From Burkholderiales bacterium (lineage in GTDB: Bacteria > Pseudomonadota > Gammaproteobacteria > Burkholderiales > Burkholderiaceae_C), in NCBI GenBank assembly GCA_037443905.1, contig JBBINL010000001.1, positions 1-50,300 of the forward strand: a stretch of DNA of 50,300 nt, given 5' to 3'. The position numbers and the translations under genes are program-made. How positions within the stretch are numbered: position 1 is the stretch's first letter; the number at the start of each line of letters is the position of its first letter. This document shows, in pieces, positions 34,014 through 43,750 of this stretch. A model generated the notes under the pieces. That model saw only the letters and a program-made list of their open reading frames with translations. It did no database searches and was not told where the DNA came from.

Positions 34014-35843
34014 TTGAGTACCACGGGTTCTTGCGCCGCGACGGGTCAGACCCCATCCATCCCGGAACTTGCGGCTTCGCCGTGGGGCACTTCGAGCGAC
34101 TGGCCGGAGCATTGGCGCAAGAGCTCTGAGCGCAAACGCATGACCGTCGCGCTGCTGCTGTCCCTGCTGGTGCACGCGCTACTGCTCAGCCTGACCTTTG
34201 GTGGCCTGGGCATCGGACTGCCAGGTTTTGGTTTCCCCTGGCAGGACCGGCGCATCGAAGTGCCCCAACTGAACATCTTGCTGGCGCCGGCACCAAGCTT
34301 TGCAGCTGAACCGGCAACCGAGCCCGAGCCGATTGTGGAACCTTTGCCGTCGACTCCGGTCGCACAGCCTGTTGGCGGTCGGTCCGCACTGCGATCTTTC
34401 GAGCCCTTGCTGCCAGGTCCTGAACCAACAGCGCAAGCCAACGTCACCGACACTGCGCCAACACCTTTTATCGAGGCTGCGCCGATGGCGACCGTTCCTG
34501 AGCTTGCTTTGCCACCGGTCCGAGGGGTCGCCGTATCGGCAAACGAACCAATAACACCCAATTTGCTGAAGCTACCCGCCGAAGTGGCTTTGCCTGCGCC
34601 TGCGGTTCCTGACGAGCTACAGCAGGAGTCAACGCAGCTGATGGTGGAGCGCAAGGAAGCTGCCCGGCCCGAAGCAACTCGCCAGGAAGCAGCGCAACAA
34701 GAAGCTGCCCGGCAAGCGGTCGCACAGGCAGAGGCCGCGAGGCTTGAAATCGAAAACCAGGAAGCCGCATGGCAAGAGCTTGCCCGGCAGGAGGCGGTTC
34801 AAAGTGAAGCCACACAACCCGAAGCGGCACAGCAGGAACTGGCTCGGGCCGAGGTCAAGCGGCTGGAGTCTGACCGGCAACAGGCCGCAAGCCAGGCAGC
34901 GGCGCAAGTCGAGGCTGCACAGATGGAATTGGAGCGACAGGAAACAGCTCGCCATAAAGCCGCAGAAGTTGAGGCAGCGCGCCAGCTGGAGGCCGAGCAC
35001 CAGGCAGCGCAACAGCGCGCCCTGGCGCAACTGGATGCAGAACGCCGGCAAGCTGCGCGCGCAGAAGCGGCGCTGCGCATTGAAGCCGAACGCCTGGAGG
35101 CTGCGCGGCTGGATGCTGAACGCGAAACGGCCGCACAGCAAGTGCTGGCGAAACAAGAAGCAGCCCGACTGGAGGCTCTGCGTCAGGCCGCGGCACAACA
35201 GGAGGAAGACCGTCGGCAAGCTGCGCAGGCCGAAGCCTCAAAGATGGAGGCCGAACGGTTAGAGGGTGAGCGTCAGGCCGCCGCGCATCAGGCCGCACAG
35301 CAGGAAGCCAGCCGCCAGCAGGCAGCACAAGCGGCTCAAGCCGAGGCTGAACTGGCGCAAGCCGAGCGGCAGGAGGCTGAAGCACAACGCCAAGAACGGC
35401 TGCGCGCCATTGGCCGTCAGCTCAACGAGGAAGCCGACCGGCGCGATGCGGCAGCCGCTGCAGCAAAACAGTTGCCCTATTCCTTGAGCACCGCGCGCCG
35501 GGTGCGCCTCTTCGGGCGCTCCGACCCCAATACCGATCTCATCCTGTACGCGGAGGCCTGGGCACGCAAAATCCAGATGAACATGACCATTGATCAGGTC
35601 CGCGAGGCAGCCAGGCAACCCCACACCCAGCCCGTCGTGACGGTGGCCATTCGCAGCGACGGCACAGTGGAGTCAGTGACCATCGTGCGCTCCAGCGGCG
35701 TGGCCGCCATTGACGAGGCCGTTGAGCGCATCGTGCGCAGCCAGGCGAACTACCCGGCATTCTCGCCAGCCCTGGCTCGACAGTACGACGTTGTCGAAAT
35801 CCGACGCACCTGGCACTTCGACATGGCCGTGCGTTTGGAGTGA
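34014..35843 (+). CDS. Membrane-anchored protein with Pro-rich linker, long Ala/Glu/Gln/Arg helical repeat and TonB/TolA-type C-terminal domain
   Basis: TM segment ALLLSLLVHALLLSL (SxxxH motif); C-terminal VVTVAIRSDGTV..IVRSSGVAAIDEAV. Start TTG 34014 (GGAGG upstream) or ATG 34140. Confidence 0.82.
   Translation: MSTTGSCAATGQTPSIPELAASPWGTSSDWPEHWRKSSERKRMTVALLLSLLVHALLLSLTFGGLGIGLPGFGFPWQDRRIEVPQLNILLAPAPSFAAEPATEPEPIVEPLPSTPVAQPVGGRSALRSFEPLLPGPEPTAQANVTDTAPTPFIEAAPMATVPELALPPVRGVAVSANEPITPNLLKLPAEVALPAPAVPDELQQESTQLMVERKEAARPEATRQEAAQQEAARQAVAQAEAARLEIENQEAAWQELARQEAVQSEATQPEAAQQELARAEVKRLESDRQQAASQAAAQVEAAQMELERQETARHKAAEVEAARQLEAEHQAAQQRALAQLDAERRQAARAEAALRIEAERLEAARLDAERETAAQQVLAKQEAARLEALRQAAAQQEEDRRQAAQAEASKMEAERLEGERQAAAHQAAQQEASRQQAAQAAQAEAELAQAERQEAEAQRQERLRAIGRQLNEEADRRDAAAAAAKQLPYSLSTARRVRLFGRSDPNTDLILYAEAWARKIQMNMTIDQVREAARQPHTQPVVTVAIRSDGTVESVTIVRSSGVAAIDEAVERIVRSQANYPAFSPALARQYDVVEIRRTWHFDMAVRLE
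34656..35460 (+). repeat. Degenerate coding repeat with ~15-bp (pentapeptide EAARQ/EAAQQ) period
   Basis: EAARP EATRQ EAAQQ EAARQ..EAAWQ ELARQ EAVQS EATQP EAAQQ ELARA. Confidence 0.75.
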
Positions 35844-35934
35844 GCCTGAGGTTGCCGGTCAGAATATCCCATTGGAAACCATGGTTTGGGGACATCAACA
35901 GGCCCCGCAGCCTCAAAGCCATCGACCCCGCTTA

Positions 35935-36174
35935 TCAGTGAGACCACGTCCTGAATGATCGCATCGTGGCTGCAGATGTCATCAGCCCTTCTGCCTTCTG
36001 GATGGCCAGGTTGGACACCGCCTCATCACCCACCTCAGCTTCACGGGGCCTGCGAATGAAGCTGGCCGGGTAGCACGGCCAGACGTCTTGCTTGCCCATG
36101 TCCATGGGTGGCTCGATGCCGAAGTGCTTGAAGTAGCGTTCGCTCTCCTTGATGGCTTGGTATTGGCTGCACAT
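35935..36174 (-). pseudogene. 5' fragment of an SOS response-associated peptidase (SRAP/YedK/HMCES)
   Basis: MCSQYQAIK..HFGIEPP..DVWPCYPASFIRR..VGDEAV resembles betaproteobacterial SRAP N-termini with Cys2. Similarity ends near 36016 and I saw no continuation in any frame. Confidence 0.72.
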
Positions 36175-36401
36175 GGTGTGATCGTAGCTGCAACGTTGCC
36201 CCCAGGAACCGAGGTCAACAAAGATAATCGACGATCAATCTACCTGACGCTGTGCAAGTCAATAACTATCCAAGCCCTAAGCGTGCTCAAAAATTCGCTG
36301 ATGTGGCGTTTCGAAGACGATCAGTTGCCTGAACCATTTTGTGTCAGCTTTCCTCTTCACGAAAACGTCAGGTAGCGATTCGGTCTTATGAACTTGGTAG
36401 C

Positions 36402-37844
36402 TCATCTATGTTTAATCATCACGTGACGTGCACAGCTGTAATCCTCGAGTGCATACACTGACATGTCTTTGCCGTAACCCGACTGTTTCAAACCACCGTG
36501 CGGCATTTCGGATACCAACATGAAGTGCGTGTTGACCCAGGTGCATCCGTATTGCAGGCGTGCTGCCATGGCCATGGCCTTGCCCACATCTTGCGTCCAT
36601 ACCGAACTAGCCAGGCCGTATTCCGAATCATTGGCATAAACCAACGCCTGCTCAGCATCCCTGACGCGGGTTACAGAGACCACCGGACCAAAGACCTCGC
36701 TGCGCACAATTTCGTCTTGCTGGCGGGCACCGGCCACAACGGTAGGTTTGTAGAAAAAGCCTTTGCTGCCCAGCGTGCCACCGCCGGTGGTGATCTCAAT
36801 GTGTGAAAGCTCGCGTGCGCGGTCGACAAAGCTGGCCACGCGGTCGCGCTGGCGCGCAGAAATCAGCGGACCCATTTCGACACCCGGTTCTTGCTGGGTC
36901 GCCGCCTTGATGGTCGAGACTGCGCTGCTGAGGTCGGCAACCAGACGGTCGTAGATTTTTTCACCTGCATAAATTCGGCAGGCGGCAGTGCAGTCTTGAC
37001 CGGCGTTGTAGTAGCCAAAAGTGCGAACTCCCTCGACCACACTGGCCAAGTCGGCATCATCGAGCACGATCACCGGCGCTTTGCCACCGAGCTCCATATG
37101 GGTGCGCTTGATTCCGCGTGCAGCAGCTTCCATGATCTTGCTGCCGGTGGAGACATCACCGGTGAGCGAAGCCATGCGAATGCGCGGGTCGCGAATCAGC
37201 GGCGCGCCCACCGTATCACCGCGGCCACAAACGATATTGACCACGCCTGGCGGCAAGATATCAGCGAGTAGTTCCCCCAGCCTCAGTGTCGACAGCGGTG
37301 TCATTTCAGACGGTTTGAGCACCACCGTGTTGCCCATGGCAATGGCGGGTCCGAGCTTCCAGGCGGCCATCATCTGGGGGTAGTTCCAGGGTGCAATCGA
37401 GGCCACCACGCCCAAAGGATCACGCCGGATCATGCTGGTGTGATCGGGCAGGTATTCGCCTGCCAGAGAGCCTGGCATATTGCGGATGGCCCCCGCAAAG
37501 AAACGGTAGACGTCGGCGATGGCCGGAATCTCGTCGTTGCGGGCAGCGCTGAGTGGCTTGCCGCAGTTGAGTGACTCCAGCATGGCGAGCTCGTCACCAT
37601 GGGCTTCAATTGCATCGGCAATTTTCAGCAGGCAGGCACTGCGATCCTTAGGCGTGAAGGCAGACCACACCGGGAAGGCCGCACTGGCGGCATCGACAGC
37701 CAGGCGTAGCTGTTCGGCACTGGCCTCGCGTACTTCACACAGAGTCTCTCCTGTTGATGGGTTCAACACCTGTTCGGCACGCCCCTCGCCGTTGACCGGG
37801 GTGCCATTGATGAGCAATTGGGTGGAAAAACGTAAAGCAGCCAT
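36402..37844 (-). CDS. patD: Gamma-aminobutyraldehyde dehydrogenase (PatD/YdcW-like)
   Basis: [57 protein letters not shown]. Confidence 0.9.
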   Translation of the reverse strand: MAALRFSTQLLINGTPVNGEGRAEQVLNPSTGETLCEVREASAEQLRLAVDAASAAFPVWSAFTPKDRSACLLKIADAIEAHGDELAMLESLNCGKPLSAARNDEIPAIADVYRFFAGAIRNMPGSLAGEYLPDHTSMIRRDPLGVVASIAPWNYPQMMAAWKLGPAIAMGNTVVLKPSEMTPLSTLRLGELLADILPPGVVNIVCGRGDTVGAPLIRDPRIRMASLTGDVSTGSKIMEAAARGIKRTHMELGGKAPVIVLDDADLASVVEGVRTFGYYNAGQDCTAACRIYAGEKIYDRLVADLSSAVSTIKAATQQEPGVEMGPLISARQRDRVASFVDRARELSHIEITTGGGTLGSKGFFYKPTVVAGARQQDEIVRSEVFGPVVSVTRVRDAEQALVYANDSEYGLASSVWTQDVGKAMAMAARLQYGCTWVNTHFMLVSEMPHGGLKQSGYGKDMSVYALEDYSCARHVMIKHR

Positions 37845-37916
37845 GGTGTCTTGCGTGGTAAGGTTGATGAAAAAGAGCGGGTCAATTGGCTCGAACAGGT
37901 TCGGCGCGTGTTGGGG

Positions 37917-38735
37917 TTAGCGATCACCATCGCGGGTCAGGCGCCAGGCCAGAATGATTAGTGGCGCGGTCAGCAACATCACAGCCAGCGCCACCACGTT
38001 GGTGATAGCCGCATCGCGCGGGCGGCTGAGTTGCCCCATCAACCAGATCGGCAGTGTTTTGTCGCTGCCAGCGGTGAAAGTGGTGACGATCAGTTCATCG
38101 ACCGACAAAGCAAAAGCCAGGATGCCGCCAGCCAGCAGCGCTGTACCAAGCTGCGGCAGGATGATGTGGCGCAGCGTGGTCAGCGTGTCGGCGCCGAGAT
38201 CCATCGAGGCCTCCCACAGACGCGCGGGCAGACGACGTAAACGCGCCACCACATTGTTGTGCACGATAACCACGCAAAAAGTGGCGTGGCCAACGACGAT
38301 CGTCCAATAGCCCGGCGTGACATCCATCAGCTTGAAAGCCGACAGCAGGGCAATGCCGGTGACGATGCCCGGCAGGGCAATCGGCAAAATCAGCAAGGTG
38401 GTGAAAGCGTTTTTGCCAAAGAAGCGGTCGCGGTTGAGTGCGGCGGCGGTCAGTGTTCCCAATACCATGGCGATCAGCGTGGCCATGGCGGCAACCGACA
38501 GTGACAAGCCGATGGCCGCGCGAATGTCGTCGCGCTCCCAGGCCAGGTTTACCCAACGCAACGTCAGGCCTGTGATAGGAAAACTGTAACCTGCGCTATT
38601 GTCATTGAAGGCATAGAGCGCGATAAACACCAGCGGCAGATGCAAAAAAGCCAGCCCGGTGTAGGCGAATAGTCGCAACATCAGCCCTTTTGGCAAGGTG
38701 AGTCTTCGTAAGATGCTACTTTGTTCAGAGTGCAT
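37917..38735 (-). CDS. ydcV: Polyamine-type ABC permease (YdcV/PotC-like)
   Basis: [25 protein letters not shown] (EAA loop). Confidence 0.85.
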   Translation of the reverse strand: MHSEQSSILRRLTLPKGLMLRLFAYTGLAFLHLPLVFIALYAFNDNSAGYSFPITGLTLRWVNLAWERDDIRAAIGLSLSVAAMATLIAMVLGTLTAAALNRDRFFGKNAFTTLLILPIALPGIVTGIALLSAFKLMDVTPGYWTIVVGHATFCVVIVHNNVVARLRRLPARLWEASMDLGADTLTTLRHIILPQLGTALLAGGILAFALSVDELIVTTFTAGSDKTLPIWLMGQLSRPRDAAITNVVALAVMLLTAPLIILAWRLTRDGDR

Positions 38736-39693
38736 TAAAAGCCCCCAAACGCCGCGCCAGGGCCAGATAAAGCGTGATCAGCACGATCGGTACACAGGTA
38801 AATGCCGCTGCCATGGGAATGTTGCCGATGGTGCCTTGCAGGGTATAGACCATGTTGCCAATGTACAAACCTGAGGGGCCGACCAGTTGCGGAATGATGT
38901 AGTCACCCAGTGTGAGCGAAAAAGTGAAGATCGAGCCCGCCGCCACCCCTGGGAAAGCCAGCGGCCAGAGCACGCTGGTAAAGGTCTTGAACGGGTGCGC
39001 ACCCAGGTCAGCCGATGCCAGCAGCAAATTGGCGGGCACACGCTCGATGGCCGCCTGGATCGGCAAAATCATGAAGGGTAGCCAGATATAGGTCAGCACC
39101 AGAAATCGGCCCAGATTGGAGGTGGCCAGGGTATCGCCGCCGATCACGGGCAGTCGTAGCACCGCCTCAAGCAACGGCTGCAAGCCCAGTTGCCGTAGCA
39201 CCCAATAAATGACACCGCCTTGCGCCAGCAGTACCGTCCAGGCATAGGCTTTGACGATGTAACTGGCCCACATGGGCAGCATCACGCCGACAAAGAAAAA
39301 GCCTTTCTCACGGGGCCCGGCGTAATGCGCCATGTAATAAGCCACAGGAAAGCCAATGGCCACCGTGCCCAGTGTGACCGCCACCGCCATGCCCAAGGTG
39401 CGCAGCACGATGTCGTAGTTAGACGGGCTGAGCAGGCTGACAAAGTTGTCGGTCGTGAGCTCGGTGCTGACCGACATCGCCATCTCATCAAAGGTGAAAA
39501 TACTTTGGCTCAGGAGCGTGAACAAGGAGCCAATGTAGACCACGCCGAACCACATGAGCGGTGGCAGCAGCAGCAAAAAAAGCGTCATCGTGCGACGCTG
39601 GTAAAGCAGCGTCGACAAACTATTGCGCCAGCTGTGGCGCACAGCGGGCAAGGCGGGTAACGCGGTGTGTGTCATGGCGCTGGATTCAATCAT
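38725..39693 (-). CDS. ydcU: Polyamine-type ABC permease (YdcU/PotB-like)
   Basis: [35 protein letters not shown]. Confidence 0.85.
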   Translation of the reverse strand: MIESSAMTHTALPALPAVRHSWRNSLSTLLYQRRTMTLFLLLLPPLMWFGVVYIGSLFTLLSQSIFTFDEMAMSVSTELTTDNFVSLLSPSNYDIVLRTLGMAVAVTLGTVAIGFPVAYYMAHYAGPREKGFFFVGVMLPMWASYIVKAYAWTVLLAQGGVIYWVLRQLGLQPLLEAVLRLPVIGGDTLATSNLGRFLVLTYIWLPFMILPIQAAIERVPANLLLASADLGAHPFKTFTSVLWPLAFPGVAAGSIFTFSLTLGDYIIPQLVGPSGLYIGNMVYTLQGTIGNIPMAAAFTCVPIVLITLYLALARRLGAFNAL

Positions 39694-40720
39694 CGAGCAT
39701 CACCATATGCTGTTCCCGCCAATGCAACGTGACGTGTTGACCTGGTTCAAGCAAGTTACTCTCAATCGAAGCACTGCTCACCATTGATTTGTCAGCCTCA
39801 AGAGCCGTGACGACGTGAGAACCCACCTGGACTTCAAACCGTTGTGATGCGCCCAGAAACTGCACCGCCAGCAGTTCGCCCTGCATCTGAAGCGCCCCGT
39901 CAGGTGTCGCAATGTCCGCCGCGCCGATCTGGATATTTTCCTGTCGCACGGCAAAAGACTGTCGCCTGCCACACAGCGCTTGCGCCACGTCAGCTGCAAA
40001 GACATTGGCACTGCCTACAAAGCCGGCCACGAAACGCGTGCGTGGCTGATGGTAGAGCTCACGTGGCGTAGCAATTTGCTCGATGCGGCCATGATTGAAT
40101 ACCGCGATGCGGTCAGACATGGACAACGCCTCGCCCTGGTCATGGGTGACGTAGACAAAGGTGATGCCAAGCTTGCGGTGCAGCAGTTTAAGTTCGACCT
40201 GCATCTGCTCGCGCAGCTTCAGATCCAGTGCGCCCAGTGGCTCGTCGAGCAACAAAATGCGCGGCCGGTTGACCAGGGCACGCGCCAGCGCCACGCGTTG
40301 GCGTTGGCCGCCCGACAACTGCGCGGGCGTGCGTTGGCCATGCTCGGGCAAGGCCACCATCGCCAGCGCTTCCTGTGCCAGCGCGTGGCGTTCGGATTTG
40401 GGCATTTTGCGCACCATCAGACCGTAAGCCACGTTGTCGAGCACATTCATGTGAGGAAACAGTGCGTAATCCTGAAACACGGTATTGACATCGCGCGCAT
40501 ACGGCGGTGTGCCGGCAGCCTCCTGACCCAGCAGCGACAGTCTGCCACTGCTGGGTTGCTCGAACCCCGCCATCAGTCGCAAAGATGTGGTCTTACCCGA
40601 GCCGGAAGGCCCCAGCATCGAAAAGAACTCGCCTTCCTCGATGCTGAAGCTCACTTGCTTGAGGGCACTGACCTCTCCATAGTGCTTGGAGATGTCCTTG
40701 AATGCGATGGCGATACCCAT
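39686..40720 (-). CDS. ydcT: ABC ATP-binding subunit (YdcT/PotA-like)
   Basis: [38 protein letters not shown]-like tail. Confidence 0.88.
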   Translation of the reverse strand: MGIAIAFKDISKHYGEVSALKQVSFSIEEGEFFSMLGPSGSGKTTSLRLMAGFEQPSSGRLSLLGQEAAGTPPYARDVNTVFQDYALFPHMNVLDNVAYGLMVRKMPKSERHALAQEALAMVALPEHGQRTPAQLSGGQRQRVALARALVNRPRILLLDEPLGALDLKLREQMQVELKLLHRKLGITFVYVTHDQGEALSMSDRIAVFNHGRIEQIATPRELYHQPRTRFVAGFVGSANVFAADVAQALCGRRQSFAVRQENIQIGAADIATPDGALQMQGELLAVQFLGASQRFEVQVGSHVVTALEADKSMVSSASIESNLLEPGQHVTLHWREQHMVMLDD

Positions 40721-40746
40721 GAATCAGCGTTCCCGGTTGGCCCGGC

Positions 40747-41898
40747 TCAGTGTCCGCCCTGGATGGCGATGTAGTCCAGAGCCCATTTGGAATAGGGGAC
40801 GCAGTTGCTTTGGGTGCTGCATTTGGACTCAGGTGTTTTCCAGAACTTGATTTTGGTGAAGTCAGCAAAACCGTTGTCTTTGCAGAAGTCCGAGCCGCCA
40901 GGCGCCTTGGCTTTGCATGCTGCCGGGGTCACGGGGTCGCTGCCAAACCATTCGGCCAAGGGTGCCTGCACCTGATCGCCCAGCGAATGCTCCATCCACT
41001 GGTAAGCGCAGTTCACGTTTTTGGCATTGGCGTGCAGCATGGCGGTGTCCGCCCAGCCAGTGGTGCCTTCTTTGGGAATGGTGGAGGCCACGGGCTTCTT
41101 CTCGGCCTTGAGGGTGTTGACCATGTAGCCCCAAGAGCCCGAGGCCACCACGCCTTCGCTCTTGAAGTCAGTCATTTGCACCGTGGCATCGTGCCAGTAG
41201 CGGTGGGTCAGTTTCTTTTGCCCACGCAGCAACTCCAGTACTGCGGCGTACTGTTTGTCGTTGAGCTCATACGGGTCTTTGATGCCGAGCTCGGGCTTCT
41301 TGCTCATCAGATAGAGCGCCGCATCAGCAATGTAAATGGCGCCGTCATACGCTTGCACACGCCCCTTGTTGGACTTGCCGTCCGGGAGCTGTTGCTCTTC
41401 AAACACCACCGACCAGGAAGTGGGCGGCTTCTTGAACACGTCGGTGTTGTACATCAGCACGTTGGGGCCCCATTGGTAGGGTGTGCCGTAGTGTTTGCCG
41501 TTGACGGTGTGCCAGGAGGCGTTTTGCAACCTCTTGTCGATGTTTTTCCAGGAGGGAATCAAGGCCGGGTTGATCTCTTGAACCAGTTTGGAGGCAACCA
41601 GGCGCAAGCTGGCGTCACCCGAGGCGGTTACCAGATCGTAGCCACCCGCCTTCATCAAGGTAACCATTTCGTCTGAGGTGGCAGCAGTTTTGACGTTGAC
41701 CTTGCAGCCTGTCGCTTTCTCGAAGCCGGTGACCCAATCGTAGGCCTTGTCTGACTCGCCGCGCTCAATGTAGCCGGCCCAGGCGATCATATTGAGTTGT
41801 CCTTCGCCCTTGCCCACAGCGGTGGGTGGTGCTGCCAAGGTGGATGCGGCGGCTGTGACAGCCAGCAGCCCGGTCAAAACGTTGCGATGGTGAGACAT
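40747..41898 (-). CDS. ydcS: ABC substrate-binding protein (YdcS-like)
   Basis: GEGQLNMIAWAGYIERG..YDWVTGFEK, TASGDASLRL, PYQWGPN; AGGAG SD before ATG 41898. Confidence 0.88.
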   Translation of the reverse strand: MSHHRNVLTGLLAVTAAASTLAAPPTAVGKGEGQLNMIAWAGYIERGESDKAYDWVTGFEKATGCKVNVKTAATSDEMVTLMKAGGYDLVTASGDASLRLVASKLVQEINPALIPSWKNIDKRLQNASWHTVNGKHYGTPYQWGPNVLMYNTDVFKKPPTSWSVVFEEQQLPDGKSNKGRVQAYDGAIYIADAALYLMSKKPELGIKDPYELNDKQYAAVLELLRGQKKLTHRYWHDATVQMTDFKSEGVVASGSWGYMVNTLKAEKKPVASTIPKEGTTGWADTAMLHANAKNVNCAYQWMEHSLGDQVQAPLAEWFGSDPVTPAACKAKAPGGSDFCKDNGFADFTKIKFWKTPESKCSTQSNCVPYSKWALDYIAIQGGH

Positions 41899-42007
41899 TG
41901 GTTTCTCCTGGATGGGTGAAGAGCAGATGCGAACCCGGAAATCGGGATCAACTTTTATTCTAAAAATTGCGCTGACGGCTTGCCACACGGTTGCATGAAT
42001 ACAATCC

Positions 42008-42022
42008 ATCGAAAAAACAGAA
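42008..42022. promoter_or_regulatory. Possible LysR box (T-N11-A) in the divergent promoter region
   Basis: ATC-GAAAAAACA-GAA with an A-tract core in the AT-rich ydcS/lysR intergenic region; the dyad is only partial. Confidence 0.35.
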
Positions 42023-42106
42023 ACCTCGAACCAAATTGCTCTATAAACATTCTTTTTTTGTGTTTAATGATGGCGCATCCTAGGGTAATTACTAGGTTTT
42101 TAATAA

Positions 42107-43039
42107 ATGAAAACATCGTTCAAAAGTATTCGCTATTTCATTGCAGTAGCCGAATCGGGCTCGATTTCTGCTGCCATACATGAACTGGGCGTGTCGCAGT
42201 CAGTGGTATCACAAGCCATTGCACAGGTGGAGGCCGATTTGGGTACCTTGTTATTTGAGCGCCGTGCCCGTGGCATGACGCTGACCCACGCCGGGCACCA
42301 GTTTCTGCGCCATGCGCACCAGATCGAGGTGGCGATGCGTAACGCGCGCGAGGCGCTGTCTTCAAGACCGCATACGGTGACCGGCCATCTCAACATTGGA
42401 GTGACGAGTTTGATGGTGGGCTATTACCTGCCGTTTTTGCTGGACCGCTTCAGGCGCGTGTTTCCGCGCATCGCGGTGCAGATCACCGAAGACCGGCGTG
42501 ACTACCTGGAGCATTCGCTGGTCAGTGGCGAACTCGATGTGGCGCTGATTGTGGTTTCGCAGTTGCAAAACCGCAGCGCTCTGCAAACCGAAACCATTTT
42601 GCGTTCTGGCTGGCGAGCGTGGTTTGCGGTGAATCACAGGCTGACAGACGAAGACAGCATTGCCGCTAGCGACTTGGCACAGCAGCCCCTGATCGTTCTG
42701 CAAGTCGATGAGTTGGGTGACACATCCACCACCCTGTGGAGCAGCGCTGTTGTCGAACCCAATGTGCTGATTCGAACCTCATCTGTGGAGGCGGTTCGCA
42801 GTCTGGTGGCCACTGGCGCTGGCTGCACGGTATTGCCCGACATGTTGTATCGACCCTGGTCTTTGGAAGGTGACCGTATTGAGGCACGACCGCTGTCTCA
42901 ACCACTGCCGCAACTGGAGGTGGGACTGGTTTGGCGAAAAGGTGCAGAGCAGCCTGAATCACTGCGTAATTTTTTGACCGCAGTGCACCCCAAACTCCAC
43001 AGCAATTTAGTTGCTGAATCAACAGGTTGGGCACGATGA
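42107..43039 (+). CDS. LysR-family transcriptional regulator
   Basis: HTH YFIAVAESGSISAA..VSQSVVS..LFER..LTHAG; divergent from the ABC operon. Confidence 0.95.
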   Translation: MKTSFKSIRYFIAVAESGSISAAIHELGVSQSVVSQAIAQVEADLGTLLFERRARGMTLTHAGHQFLRHAHQIEVAMRNAREALSSRPHTVTGHLNIGVTSLMVGYYLPFLLDRFRRVFPRIAVQITEDRRDYLEHSLVSGELDVALIVVSQLQNRSALQTETILRSGWRAWFAVNHRLTDEDSIAASDLAQQPLIVLQVDELGDTSTTLWSSAVVEPNVLIRTSSVEAVRSLVATGAGCTVLPDMLYRPWSLEGDRIEARPLSQPLPQLEVGLVWRKGAEQPESLRNFLTAVHPKLHSNLVAESTGWAR

Positions 43040-43313
43040 TTTTCTGAAGGGCACATTCAGTTCATCCATCGAACGTACTGAAAGAATCATTTGCCTATGT
43101 CTTTACCGCCCACCAATCTCATTTTGCAAACCATCCCCGCGTAACTCGTTGATTTCATTGAGGGCGACTCATTGAACTGCCAAGAGGCAAACTGAGAACA
43201 GAGAGAGAAAACGGGGTGAATTCGGCCAAAAACGGGCAAAATGCCCAAAATCTATTGCGAATAGTCAAGGGGCAAAACGCGTAAATGCTCGTCAATATTA
43301 AGTTTTTAGGCAG

Positions 43314-43346
43314 AAAAAAGCCCAGCTGAAAACAGTTGGGCTTTTT
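43314..43346 (-). terminator. Intrinsic (bidirectional) terminator after ssrA
   Basis: AAAAAAGCCCAGCTG-AAAA-CAGTTGGGCTTTTT. Confidence 0.88.
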
Positions 43347-43351
43347 GTGTA

Positions 43352-43738
43352 TGGTGGAGCTGGGGGGATTTGAACCCCCGTCCGAAAGCCATCTTCGAGC
43401 AGATCTACATGTTTAGTGGTCTGATTTGGGTCTCGCCCTTGTGAACGCGCAGCCACACGCTTTCACCGTTGCCAGTACCCTATGATCTTGCCCCAAACCA
43501 AGGTACCCGGTTCAGAGCCAGCCGATGTGGATGACCTTACAGCCTGGAATCATTGGCTTGCGCCAAAGACCCCTTGCCCAGCCCATCGGCCTGCTGTTGT
43601 AAGGCTCACTGGTGTTTAAGCAGCGAGTGCGAAACGTTCGTCGTTTGCAGTTACTTTTTTTGAATCAGTTTTACGAGTTCATTCAGCTCGACATGCACCA
43701 CAGCGATTCCGTACCCTCGTCGAAACCAGTGCAGCCCC
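43352..43738 (-). ncRNA. ssrA: tmRNA
   Basis: 5' GGGGCTGCACTGGTTTCGAC; 3' GGTTCAAATCCCCCCAGCTCCACCA; tag frame GCA AAC GAC GAA CGT TTC GCA CTC GCT GCT TAA (ANDERFALAA); TAAAAT -10 upstream. Confidence 0.98.
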
Positions 43739-43750
43739 AAGTCTCGTATT

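Noticed and set aside
34641-34650. ATGGTGGAGC identical to the ssrA 3' end (43351-43360), a possible att duplicate
   Set aside because: Only 10 bp, lies inside an intact ORF (codons M-V-E) and does not extend into the T-arm sequence.
34656-35460. Repeat region as a CRISPR or ncRNA array
   Set aside because: The repeats are degenerate, keep the reading frame and are explained by the protein sequence.
36088-36375. 95-aa plus-strand ORF
   Set aside because: Partly antisense to the SRAP fragment, with no recognisable motif.
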